Shown here: positions 1 through 12,868 of the stretch, in pieces | Layout of the letters: the number at the start of each line of letters is the position of its first letter | Numbering within the stretch: position 1 is the first letter of the stretch | Assembly: GCA_964057225.1 (NCBI GenBank) | Contig: OZ059900.1 | Coordinates: 23,002,001 to 23,066,000 of the forward strand | Length of the DNA: 64,000 nucleotides | Source: Auanema rhodensis | Lineage: Eukaryota > Animalia > Nematoda | Reading direction: 5' to 3' | Notes under the pieces: model-generated | Told to the model about the DNA's origin: nothing | What the model saw: only the letters and a program-made list of their open reading frames with translations | The model's database searches: none | Translations under genes and position numbers: made by a program

Positions 1-2742
1 GCAATCGCGTTCTAAATATGATAACTCGCGTACTGGAAAGTTAATTAAAAAAAGAAACGAAATTATCATTGCTATCATCTATTGCACAAACAGTCCGTGT
101 TGATGAAGCTTGATATAATTGAGTAAACTAAGTCGTATTGTAATAAAGCTGTCATTCAAATGTTTGCGTATCGCGTACTGCCTGTTTCCAGTTATATTAT
201 CAGTGCAGGCTCTAAAAATTTTTCATTATGAAGGAATCACGTTCTAAATATAATAACTCGCGTACTGGAAAGTTATTTGAAAACAGAAACGAAACTATTA
301 TTGCTATTATCTATTACACAAACAGTCCGTGTTCATGACTCTTGATATGATTGAGTAAACTAAGTCGTATTGTAATAAAGCTGTCATTCAAATATTTGCG
401 TATCGCGTACTGCCTGTTTCCAGTTATATTATCAGTGCAGGCTCTAAAAATTTTTCATAATCAAGGAATCACGTTCTAAATATTATAACTCGCGTACAGG
501 AAAGTTAATTAAAAACAGAAACGAAACTATTATTGCTATTATCTATTACACAAACAGTCCGTGTTCATGAAGATTGGTATGATTGAGTAAACTAAGTCCT
601 ATTGTAATAAAGCTGTCATTCAAATGTTTGCGTATTGCCTGTTGCCAGTTATATTATCAGTGCAGGCTCTAAACATTTTTCATTATGAAGCAATCGCGTT
701 CTAAATATGATAACTCGCGTACTGGAAAGTTAATTAAAAAAAGAAACGAAACTATCATTGCTATCATCTATTACACAAACAGTCCCTGTTCATGAAGCTT
801 GATATGATTGAGTAAGCTAAGTCGTATTGTAATAAAGCTGTCATTCAAATGTTTGCGTATTGCGTACTGCCTGTTTGCAATTATATTATCAGTGCAGGCT
901 CTAAAAATTTTTCATTATGAAGGAATCACGTTCTAAATATAATAACTCGCGTACTGGAAAGTTAATTGAAAAAAGAAACGAAATAATCATTGCTATCATC
1001 TATTGCACAAACAGTCCGTGTTCATGAAGCTTGATATGATTGAGTAAACTAAGTCCTATTGTAATAAAGCTGTCATTCAAATGTTTTAGTATTGCCTGTT
1101 TCCAGTTATATTATCAGTGCAGGCTCTAAAAATTTTTCATTATGAAGGAATCACGTTCTAAATATTGTAACTCGCGTACAGGAAAGTTAATTAAAAACAG
1201 AAACAAGACTATTATTGCTATTATATATTACACAAGCAGTCCGTGTTCATGAAGCTTGATATAATTGAGTAAACTAAGTCGTATTGTAATAAAGCTGTCA
1301 TTCAAATGTTTGCCTATTGCGTACTGCCTGTTTCCAATTATATTATCAGTGCAGGCTCTGAAAGTTTTTCATAATCAAGGAATCACGTTCTAAATATTAT
1401 AACTCGCGTACAGGAAAGTTAATTAAAAACAGAAACGAAACTATTATTGCTATTATCTATTACACAAACAGTCCGTGTTCATGAAGATTGGTATGATTGA
1501 GTAAACTAAGTCCTATTGTAATAAAGCTGTCATTCTAATGTTTTAGTATTGCCTGTTTCCAGTTATATTATCAGTGCAGGCTCTAAAAAGTTTTCATTAT
1601 GAAGGAATCACGTTCTAAATATAATAACTCGCGTACTGGAAAGTTAATTGAAAAAAGAAACGAAATTATCATTGCTATCATCTATTGCACAAACAGTCCG
1701 TGTTCATGAAGCTTGATATAATTGAGTAAACTAAGTCGTATTGTAATAAAGCTGCCATTCAAATGTTTGCGTATTGCGTACTGCCTGTTTCCAATTATAT
1801 TATCAGTTCAGGCTCTGAAAGTTTTTTATAATCAAAGAATCACGTTCTAAATATTATAACTCGCGTACAGGAAAGTTAATTAAAAACAGAAACGAAACTA
1901 TTATTGCTATTATATATTACACAAGCAGTCCGTGTTCATGAAGCTTGATATAATTGAGTAAACTAAGTCGTATTATAATAAAGCTGTCATTCAAATGTTT
2001 GCGTATTGCGTACTGCCTGTTTCCAATTATATTATCAGTGCAGGCTCTGAAAGTTTTTCATTATCAAGGAATCGCGTTCTAAATATTATAACTCGCGTAC
2101 TGGAAAGTTAGTTAAAAAAAGAAACGAAACTATCATTGCTATCATCTATTGCACAAACAGTCCGTGTTCATGAAGCTTGATATGATTGAGTAAACTAAGT
2201 CGTATTGTAATAAAGCTGTCATTCAAATGTTTGCGTATTTCCTGTTGCCAGTTATATTATCAGTGCAGGCTCTAAAAATTTTTCATTATCAAGGAATCGC
2301 GTTCTAAATATTATAACTCGCGTACTGGAAAGTTAGTTAAAAAAAGAAACGAAACTATCATTGCTATCATCTATTGCACAAACAGTCCGTGTTCATGAAG
2401 CTTGATATGATTGAGTAAACTAAGTCGTATTGTAATAAAGCTGTCATTCAAATGTTTGCGTATTGCCTGTTGCCAGTTATATTATCAGTGCAGGCTCTAA
2501 AAATTTTTCATTATGAAGGAATCACGTTCTAAATATAATAACTCGCGTACTGGAAAGTTAATTGAAAAAAGAAACGAAATAATCATTGCTATCATCTATT
2601 GCACAAACAGTCCGTGTTCATGAAGCTTGATATGAATTAGTAAACTAAGTCCTATTGTAATAAAGCTGTCATTCAAATGTTTTAGTATTGCCTGTTTCCA
2701 GTTATATTATCAGTGCAGGCTCTAAAAATTTTTCATTATGAA

Positions 2743-4113
2743 GGAATCACGTTCTAAATATAATAACTCGCGTACAGGAAAGTTAATTAAAAACAGAAAC
2801 GAAACTATTATTGCTATTATATATTACACAAGCAGTCCGTGTTCATGAAGCTTGATATAATTGAGTAAACTAAGTCGTATTGTAATAAAGCTGTCATTCA
2901 AATGCTTGCGTATTGCGTACTGCCTGTTTCCAATTATATTATCAGTGCAGGCTCTGAAAGTTTTTCATAATCAAGGAATCACGTTCTAAATATTATAACT
3001 CGCGTACAGGAAAGTTAATTAAAAACAGAAACAAAACTATTATTGCAATTATATATTACACAAGCAGTCCGTGTTCATGAAGCTTGATATAATTGAGTAA
3101 ACTAAGTCGTATTGTAATAAAGCTGTCATTCAAATGTTTTAGTATTGCCTGTTTCCAGTTATATTATCAGTGCAGGCTCTAAAAATTTTTCATTATGAAG
3201 GAATCACGTTCTAAATATAATAACTCGCGTACAGGAAAGTTAATTAAAAACAGAAACAAAACTATTATTGCAATTATATATTACACAAGCAGTCCGTGTT
3301 CATGAAGCTTGATATAATTGAGTAAACTAAGTCGTATTGTAATAAAGCTGTCATTCAAATGCTTGCGTATTGCGTACTGCCTGTTTCCAATTATATTATC
3401 AGTGCAGGCTCTGAAAGTTTTTCATAATCAAGGAATCACGTTCTAAATATTATAACTCGCGTACAGGAAAGTTAATTAAAAACAGAAACAAAACTATTAT
3501 TGCAATTATATATTACACAAGCAGTCCGTGTTCATGAAGCTTGATATAATTGAGTAAACTAAGTCCTATTGTAATAAAGCTGTCATTCAAATGTTTTAGT
3601 ATTGCCTGTTTCCAGTTATATTATCAGTGCAGGCTCTAAAAATTTTTCATTATGAAGGAATCACGTTCTAAATATAATAACTCGCGTACAGGAAAGTTAA
3701 TTAAAAACAGAAACGAAACTATTATTGCTATTATATATTACACAAGCAGTCCGTGTTCATGAAGCTTGATATAATTGAGTAAACTAAGTCGTATTGTAAT
3801 AAAGCTGTCATTCAAATGCTTGCGTATTGCGTACTGCCTGTTTCCAATTATATTATCAGTGCAGGCTCTGAAAGTTTTTCATAATCAAGGAATCACGTTC
3901 TAAATATTATAACTCGCGTACAGGAAAGTTAATTAAAAACAGAAACGAAACTATTATTGCTATTATCTATTACACAAACAGTCCGTGTTCATGAAGATTG
4001 GTATGATTGAGTAAACTAAGTCCTATTGTAATAAAGCTGTCATTCTAATGTTTTAGTATTGCCTGTTTCCAGTTATATTATCAGTGCAGGCTCTAAAAAG
4101 TTTTCATTATGAA
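2743..4113. repeat. Array A local dimeric HOR (232+225 = 457 bp), three copies
   Basis: The rare variant AATGCTTGCG has its GCT at 2904, 3361 and 3818, a 457-bp period, and long and short monomers alternate. Confidence 0.85.
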
Positions 4114-4352
4114 GGAATCACGTTCTAAATATAATAACTCGCGTACTGGAAAGTTAATTGAAAAAAGAAACGAAATTATCATTGCTATCATCTATTACAT
4201 AAGCAGTCCCTGTTCATGAAGCTTGATATGATTGAGTAAGCTAAGTCGTATTGTAATAAAGCTGTCATTCAAATGTTTGCGTATTGCGTACTGCCTGTTT
4301 CCAGTTATATTATCAGTGCAGGCTCTGAAAGTTTTTCATAATCAAGGAATCA

Positions 4353-7300
4353 CGTTCTAAATATTATAACTCGCGTACTGGAAAGTTAGTTAAAAAAAGA
4401 AACGAAACTATCATTGCTATCATCTATTGCACAAACAGTCCGTGTTCATGAAGCTTGATATGATTGAGTAAACTAAGTCGTATTGTAATAAAGCTGTCAT
4501 TCAAATGTTTGCGTATTTCCTGTTGCCAGTTATATTATCAGTGCAGGCTCTAAAAATTTTTCATTATCAAGGAATCGCGTTCTAAATATTATAACTCGCG
4601 TACTGGAAAGTTAGTTAAAAAAAGAAACGAAACTATCATTGCTATCATCTATTGCACAAACAGTCCGTGTTCATGAAGCTTGATATGATTGAGTAAACTA
4701 AGTCGTATTGTAATAAAGCTGTCATTCAAATGTTTGCGTATTGCCTGTTTCCAGTTATATTATCAGTGCAGGCTCTAAAAATTTTTCATTATGAAGGAAT
4801 CACGTTCTAAATATAATAACTCGCGTACTGGAAAGTTAATTGAAAAAAGAAACGAAATAATCATTGCTATCATCTATTGCACAAACAGTCCCTGTTCATG
4901 AAGCTTGATATGATTGAGTAAACTAAGTCCTATTGTAATAAAGCTGTCATTCAAATGTTTTAGTATTGCCTGTTTCCAGTTATATTATCAGCGCAGGCTC
5001 TAAAAATTTTTCATTATGAAGGAATCACGTTCTAAATATAATAACTCGCGTACAGGAAAGTTAATTAAAAACAGAAACGAAACTATTATTGCTATTATAT
5101 ATTACACAAGCAGTCCGTGTTCATGAGGCTTGATATAATTGAGTAAACTAAGTCGTATTGTAATAAAGCTGTCATTCAAATGTTTGCGTATTGCGTACTG
5201 CCTGTTTCCAATTATATTATCAGTGCAGGCTCTGAAAGTTTTTCATAATCAAGGAATCACGTTCTAAATATTATAACTCGCGTACAGGAAAGTTAATTAA
5301 AAACAGAAACAAAACTATTATTGCTATTATATATTACACAAGCAGTCCGTGTTCATGAAGCTTGATATAATTGAGTAAACTAAGTCGTATTGTAATAAAG
5401 CTGTCATTCAAATGTTTGCGTATTGCGTACTGCCTGTTTCCAATTATATTATCAGTGCAGGCTCTGAAAGTTTTTCATAATCAAGGAATCACGTTCTAAA
5501 TATTATAACTCGCGTACAGGAAAGTTAATTAAAAACAGAAACGAAACTATTATTGCTATTATCTATTACACAAACAGTCCGTGTTCATGAAGATTGGTAT
5601 GATTTAGTAAACTAAGTCCTATTGTAATAAAGCTGTCATTCTAATGTTTTAGTATTGCCTGTTTCCAGTTATATTATCAGTGCAGGCTCTAAAAAGTTTT
5701 CATTATGAAGAAATCACGTTCTAAATATAATAACTCGCGTACTGGAAAGTTAATTGAAAAAAGAAACGAAATTATCATTGCTATCATCTATTACATAAGC
5801 AGTCCCTGTTCATGAAGCTTGATATGATTGAGTAAGCTAAGTCGTCTTGTATTAAAGCTGTCATTCAAATATTTGCGTATCGCGTACTGCCTGTTTCCAG
5901 TTATATTATCAGTGCAGGCTCTGAAAGTTTTTCATAATCAAGGAATCACGTTCTAAATATTATAACTCGCGTACAGGAAAGTTAATTAAAAACAGAAACG
6001 AAACTATTATTGCTATTATATATTACACAAGCAGTCCGTGTTCATGAAGCTTGATATAATTGAGTAAACTAAGTCGTATTATAATAAAGCTGTCATTCAA
6101 ATGTTTGCGTATTGCGTACTGCCTGTTTCCAATTATATTATCAGTGCAGGCTCTGAAAGTTTTTCATTATCAAGGAATCGCGTTCTAAATATTATAACTC
6201 GCGTACTGGAAAGTTAGTTAAAAAAAGAAACGAAACTATCATTGCTATCATCTATTACACAAGCAGTCCCTGTTCATGAAGCTTGATATGATTGAGTAAG
6301 CTAAGTCGTCTTGTATTAAAGCTGTCATTCAAATATTTGCGTATCGCGTACTGCCTGTTTCCAGTTATATTATCAGTGCAGGCTCTAAAAATTTTTCATA
6401 ATCAAGGAATCACGTTCTAAATATTATAACTCGCGTACAGGAAAGTTAATTAAAAACAGAAACGAAACTATTATTGCTATTATCTATTACACAAACAGTC
6501 CGTGTTCATGAAGATTGGTATGATTGAGTAAACTAAGTCCTATTGTAATAAAGCTGTCATTCAAATGTTTTAGTATTGCCTGTTTCCAGTTATATTATCA
6601 GTGCAGGCTCTGAAAGTTTTTCATTATCAAGGAATCGCGTTCTAAATATTATAGCTCGCGTACTGGAAAGTTAATTAAAAAAAGAAACGAAACTATCATT
6701 GCTATCATCTATTGCACAAACAGTCCGTGTTCATGAAGCTTGATATGATTGAGGAAACTAAGTTGTATTGTAATAAAGCTGCCATTCAAATGTTTGCGTA
6801 TTGCGTACTGCCTGTTTCCAATTATATTATCAGTGCAGGCTCTGAAAGTTTTTCATAATCAAAGAATCACGTTCTAAATATTATAACTCGCGTACAGGAA
6901 AGTTAATTAAAAACAGAAACGAAACTATTATTGCTATTATATATTACACAAGCAGTCCGTGTTCATGAAGCTTGATATAATTGAGTAAACTAAGTCGTAT
7001 TATAATAAAGCTGTCATTCAAATGTTTGCGTATTGCGTACTGCCTGTTTCCAATTATATTATCAGTGCAGGCTCTAAAAAGTTTTCATTATGAAGGAATC
7101 ACGTTCTAAATATAATAACTCGCGTACTGGAAAGTTAATTGAAAAAAGAAACGAAATTATCATTGCTATCATCTATTACATAAGCAGTCCCTGTTCATGA
7201 AGCTTGATATGATTGAGTAAGCTAAGTCGTATTGTAATAAAGCTGTCATTCAAATGTTTGCGTATTGCGTACTGCCTGTTTCCAGTTATATTATCAGTGC

Positions 7301-10300
7301 AGGCTCTGAAAGTTTTTCATAATCAAGGAATCACGTTCTAAATATTATAACTCGCGTACAGGAAAGTTAATTAAAAACAGAAACGAAACTATTATTGCTA
7401 TTATATATTACACAAGCAGTCCGTGTTCATGAAGCTTGATATAATTGAGTAAACTAAGTCGTATTATAATAAAGCTGTCATTCAAATGTTTGCGTATTGC
7501 GTACTGCCTGTTACCAATTATATTATCAGTGCAGGCTCTGAAAGTTTTTCATTATCAAGGAATCGCGTTCTAAATATTTTAACTCGCGTACTGGAAAGTT
7601 AGTTAAAAAAAGAAACGAAACTATCATTGCTATCATCTATTGCACAAACAGTCCGTGTTCATGAAGCTTGATATGATTGAGTAAACTAAGTCGTCTTGTA
7701 TTAAAGCTGCCATTCAAATGTTTGCGTATTGCGTACTGCCTGTTTCCAATTATATTATCAGTGCAGGCTCTAAACATTTTTCATTATGAAGCAATCGCGT
7801 TCTAAATATGATAACTCGCGTACTGGAAAGTTAATTAAAAAAAGAAACGAAACTATCATTGCTATCATCTATTACACAAGCAGTCCCTGTTCATGAAGCT
7901 TGATATGATTGAGTAAGCTAAGTCATCTTGTATTAAAGCTGTCATTCAAATATTTGCGTATCGCGTACTGCCTGTTTCCAGTTATATTATCAGTGCAGGC
8001 TCTAAAAATTTTTCATTATGAAGGAATCACGTTCTAAATATTGTAACTCGCGTACAGGAAAGTTAATTAAAAACAGAAACAAAACTATTATTGCTATTAT
8101 ATATTACACAAGCAGTCCGTGTTCATGAAGCTTGATATAATTGAGTAAACTAAGTCGTATTGTAATAAAGCTGTCATTCAAATGTTTGCCTATTGCGTAC
8201 TGCCTGTTTCCAATTATATTATCAGTGCAGGCTCTGAAAGTTTTTCATAATCAAGGAATCACGTTCTAAATATTATAACTCGCGTACAGGAAAGTTAATT
8301 AAAAACAGAAACGAAACTATTATTGCTATTATCTATTACACAAACAGTCCGTGTTCATGAAGATTGGTATGATTGAGTAAACTAAGTCCTATTGTAATAA
8401 AGCTGTCATTCTAATGTTTTAGTATTGCCTGTTTCCAGTTATATTATCAGTGCAGGCTCTAAAAAGTTTTCATTATGAAGGAATCACGTTCTAAATATAA
8501 TAACTCGCGTACTGGAAAGTTAATTGAAAAAAGAAACGAAATTATCATTGCTATCATCTATTGCACAAACAGTCCGTGTTCATGAAGCTTGATATAATTG
8601 AGGAAACTAAGTTGTATTGTAATAAAGCTGCCATTCAAATGTTTGCGTATTGCGTACTGCCTGTTTCCAATTATATTATCAGTGCAGGCTCTGAAAGTTT
8701 TTCATAATCAAAGAATCACGTTCTAAATATTATAACTCGCGTACAGGAAAGTTAATTAAAAACAGAAACGAAACTATTATTGCTATTATATATTACACAA
8801 GCAGTCCGTGTTCATGAAGCTTGATATAATTGAGTAAACTAAGTCGTATTATAATAAAGCTGTCATTCAAATGTTTGCGTATTGCGTACTGCCTGTTTCC
8901 AATTATATTATCAGTGCAGGCTCTGAAAGTTTTGCATTATCAAGGAATCGCGTTCTAAATATTATAACTCGCGTACTGGAAAGTTAGTTAAAAAAAGAAA
9001 CGAAACTATCATTGCTATCATCTATTGCACAAACAGTCCGTGTTCATGAAGCTTGATATGATTGAGTAAACTAAGTCGTATTGTAATAAAGCTGTCATTC
9101 AAATGTTTGCGTATTTCCTGTTGCCAGTTATATTATCAGTGCAGGCTCTAAAAATTTTTCATTATCAAGGAATCGCGTTCTAAATATTATAACTCGCGTA
9201 CTGGAAAGTTAGTTAAAAAAAGAAACGAAACTATCATTGCTATCATCTATTGCACAAACAGTCCGTGTTCATGAAGCTTGATATGATTGAGTAAACTAAG
9301 TCGTATTGTAATAAAGCTGTCATTCAAATGTTTGCGTATTGCCTGTTTCCAGTTATATTATCAGTGCAGGCTCTAAAAATTTTTCATTATGAAGGAATCA
9401 CGTTCTAAATATAATAACTCGCGTACTGGAAAGTTAATTGAAAAAAGAAACGAAATAATCATTGCTATCATCTATTGCACAAACAGTCCGTGTTCATGAA
9501 GCTTGATATGATTGAGTAAACTAAGTCCTATTGTAATAAAGCTGTCATTCAAATGTTTTAGTATTGCCTGTTTCCAGTTATATTATCAGCGCAGGCTCTA
9601 AAAATTTTTCATTATGAAGGAATCACGTTCTAAATATAATAACTCGCGTACAGGAAAGTTAATTAAAAACAGAAACGAAACTATTATTGCTATTATATAT
9701 TACACAAGCAGTCCGTGTTCATGAAGCTTGATATAATTGAGTAAACTAAGTCGTATTGTAATAAAGCTGTCATTCAAATGTTTGCGTATTGCGTACTGCC
9801 TGTTTCCAATTATATTATCAGTGCAGGCTCTGAAAGTTTTTCATAATCAAGGAATCACGTTCTAAATATTATAACTCGCGTACAGGAAAGTTAATTAAAA
9901 ACAGAAACAAAACTATTATTGCTATTATATATTACACAAGCAGTCCGTGTTCATGAAGCTTGATATAATTGAGTAAACTAAGTCGTATTGTAATAAAGCT
10001 GTCATTCAAATGTTTGCGTATTGCGTACTGCCTGTTTCCAATTATATTATCAGTGCAGGCTCTGAAAGTTTTTCATAATCAAGGAATCACGTTCTAAATA
10101 TTATAACTCGCGTACAGGAAAGTTAATTAAAAACAGAAACGAAACTATTATTGCTATTATCTATTACACAAACAGTCCGTGTTCATGAAGATTGGTATGA
10201 TTTAGTAAACTAAGTCCTATTGTAATAAAGCTGTCATTCTAATGTTTTAGTATTGCCTGTTTCCAGTTATATTATCAGTGCAGGCTCTAAAAAGTTTTCA

Positions 10301-11673
10301 TTATGAAGAAATCACGTTCTAAATATAATAACTCGCGTACTGGAAAGTTAATTGAAAAAAGAAACGAAATTATCATTGCTATCATCTATTACATAAGCAG
10401 TCCCTGTTCATGAAGCTTGATATGATTGAGTAAGCTAAGTCGTCTTGTATTAAAGCTGTCATTCAAATATTTGCGTATCGCGTACTGCCTGTTTCCAGTT
10501 ATATTATCAGTGCAGGCTCTGAAAGTTTTTCATAATCAAGGAATCACGTTCTAAATATTATAACTCGCGTACAGGAAAGTTAATTAAAAACAGAAACGAA
10601 ACTATTATTGCTATTATATATTACACAAGCAGTCCGTGTTCATGAAGCTTGATATAATTGAGTAAACTAAGTCGTATTATAATAAAGCTGTCATTCAAAT
10701 GTTTGCGTATTGCGTACTGCCTGTTTCCAATTATATTATCAGTGCAGGCTCTGAAAGTTTTTCATTATCAAGGAATCGCGTTCTAAATATTATAACTCGC
10801 GTACTGGAAAGTTAGTTAAAAAAAGAAACGAAACTATCATTGCTATCATCTATTACACAAGCAGTCCCTGTTCATGAAGCTTGATATGATTGAGTAAGCT
10901 AAGTCGTCTTGTATTAAAGCTGTCATTCAAATATTTGCGTATCGCGTACTGCCTGTTTCCAGTTATATTATCAGTGCAGGCTCTAAAAATTTTTCATAAT
11001 CAAGGAATCACGTTCTAAATATTATAACTCGCGTACAGGAAAGTTAATTAAAAACAGAAACGAAACTATTATTGCTATTATCTATTACACAAACAGTCCG
11101 TGTTCATGAAGATTGGTATGATTGAGTAAACTAAGTCCTATTGTAATAAAGCTGTCATTCAAATGTTTTAGTATTGCCTGTTTCCAGTTATATTATCAGT
11201 GCAGGCTCTGAAAGTTTTTCATTATCAAGGAATCGCGTTCTAAATATTATAGCTCGCGTACTGGAAAGTTAATTAAAAAAAGAAACGAAACTATCATTGC
11301 TATCATCTATTGCACAAACAGTCCGTGTTCATGAAGCTTGATATGATTGAGGAAACTAAGTTGTATTGTAATAAAGCTGCCATTCAAATGTTTGCGTATT
11401 GCGTACTGCCTGTTTCCAATTATATTATCAGTGCAGGCTCTGAAAGTTTTTCATAATCAAAGAATCACGTTCTAAATATTATAACTCGCGTACAGGAAAG
11501 TTAATTAAAAACAGAAACGAAACTATTATTGCTATTATATATTACACAAGCAGTCCGTGTTCATGAAGCTTGATATAATTGAGTAAACTAAGTCGTATTA
11601 TAATAAAGCTGTCATTCAAATGTTTGCGTATTGCGTACTGCCTGTTTCCAATTATATTATCAGTGCAGGCTCT
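4353..11673. repeat. Array A: ~2.7-kb block (about 12 monomers) present at ~4353-7075 and ~8951-11673
   Basis: Four rare markers recur exactly 4598 bp apart: GCGCAGG 4991/9589, GATTTAG 5601/10199, AAATCACG 5711/10309 and ATAGCTC 6651/11249. Confidence 0.9.
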
Positions 11674-12668
11674 GAAAGTTTTGCATTATCAAGGAATCGC
11701 GTTCTAAATATTATAACTCGCGTACTGGAAAGTTAGTTAAAAAAAGAAACGAAACTATCATTGCTATCATCTATTGCACAAACAGTCCGTGTTCATGAAG
11801 CTTGATATGATTGAGTAAACTAAGTCGTATTGTAATAAAGCTGTCATTCAAATGTTTGCGTATTTCCTGTTGCCAGTTATATTATCAGTGCAGGCTCTAA
11901 AAATTTTTCATTATCAAGGAATCGCGTTCTAAATATTATAACTCGCGTACTGGAAAGTTAGTTAAAAAAAGAAACGAAACTATCATTGCTATCATCTATT
12001 GCACAAACAGTCCGTGTTCATGAAGCTTGATATGATTGAGTAAACTAAGTCGTATTGTAATAAAGCTGTCATTCAAATGTTTGCGTATTGCCTGTTTCCA
12101 GTTATATTATCAGTGCAGGCTCTGAAAGTTTTTCATTATCAAGGAATCGCGTTCTAAATATTATAGCTCGCGTACAGGAAAGTTAATTAAAAACAGAAAC
12201 GAAACTATTATTGCTATTATCTATTACTCAAGCAGTCCCTGTTCATGAAGCTTGATATGATTGAGTAAGCTAAGTCGTATTGTATTAAAGCTGTCATTCA
12301 AATATTTGCGTATCGCGTACTGCCTGTTTCCAGTTATATTATCAGTGCAGGCTCTAAAAATTTTTCATAATCAAGGAATCACGTTCTAAATATTATAACT
12401 CGCGTACAGGAAAGTTAATTGAAAAAAGAAACGAAATTATCATTGCTATCATCTATTGCACAAACAGTCCGTGTTCATGAAGCTTGATATAATTGAGTAA
12501 ACTAAGTCGTATTGTAATAAAGCTGTCATTCAAATGTTTGCGTATTGCGTACTGCCTGTTTCCAATTATATTATCAGTGCAGGCTCTGAAAGTTTTTCAT
12601 AATCAAGGAATCACGTTCTAAATATTATAACTCGCGTACAGGAAAGTTAATTAAAAACAGAAACGAAA

Positions 12669-12868
12669 NNNNNNNNNNNNNNNNNNNNNNNNNNNNNNNN
12701 NNNNNNNNNNNNNNNNNNNNNNNNNNNNNNNNNNNNNNNNNNNNNNNNNNNNNNNNNNNNNNNNNNNNNNNNNNNNNNNNNNNNNNNNNNNNNNNNNNNN
12801 NNNNNNNNNNNNNNNNNNNNNNNNNNNNNNNNNNNNNNNNNNNNNNNNNNNNNNNNNNNNNNNNNNNN
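12669..12868. other. Assembly gap of exactly 200 N
   Basis: A run of N from 12669 to 12868. The round length suggests a fixed-size scaffolding spacer, so the true distance is unknown. Confidence 0.99.

Larger units (their letters stand above)
1..12668. repeat. Satellite array A: tandem 232/225-bp AT-rich monomers, about 55 copies, head-to-tail, cut by the window start and the gap
   Basis: The anchor G(G/C)AATC(A/G)CGTTCTAAATA recurs at 1, 233, 465, 690 and onward, with spacings of 232, 232 and 225. Long copies read TTTGCGTATTGCGTACTGCCTG; short copies read TTTGCGTATTGCCTG or TTTTAGTATTGCCTG. No unique sequence interrupts the array. Confidence 0.98.

Noticed and set aside
180-210. Hammerhead-ribozyme-like core on the minus strand of array A (GCCTGCA-CTGATAA-TATAACTG-GAAA-CAGGC); hammerheads are known in some animal satellites
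   Set aside because: The core is CUGAUAA rather than CUGANGA, so the C3-G8 pair is lost. The segment before GAAA cannot form stem II, and I found no properly placed NUH site. An Infernal search with Rfam hammerhead models would settle it.
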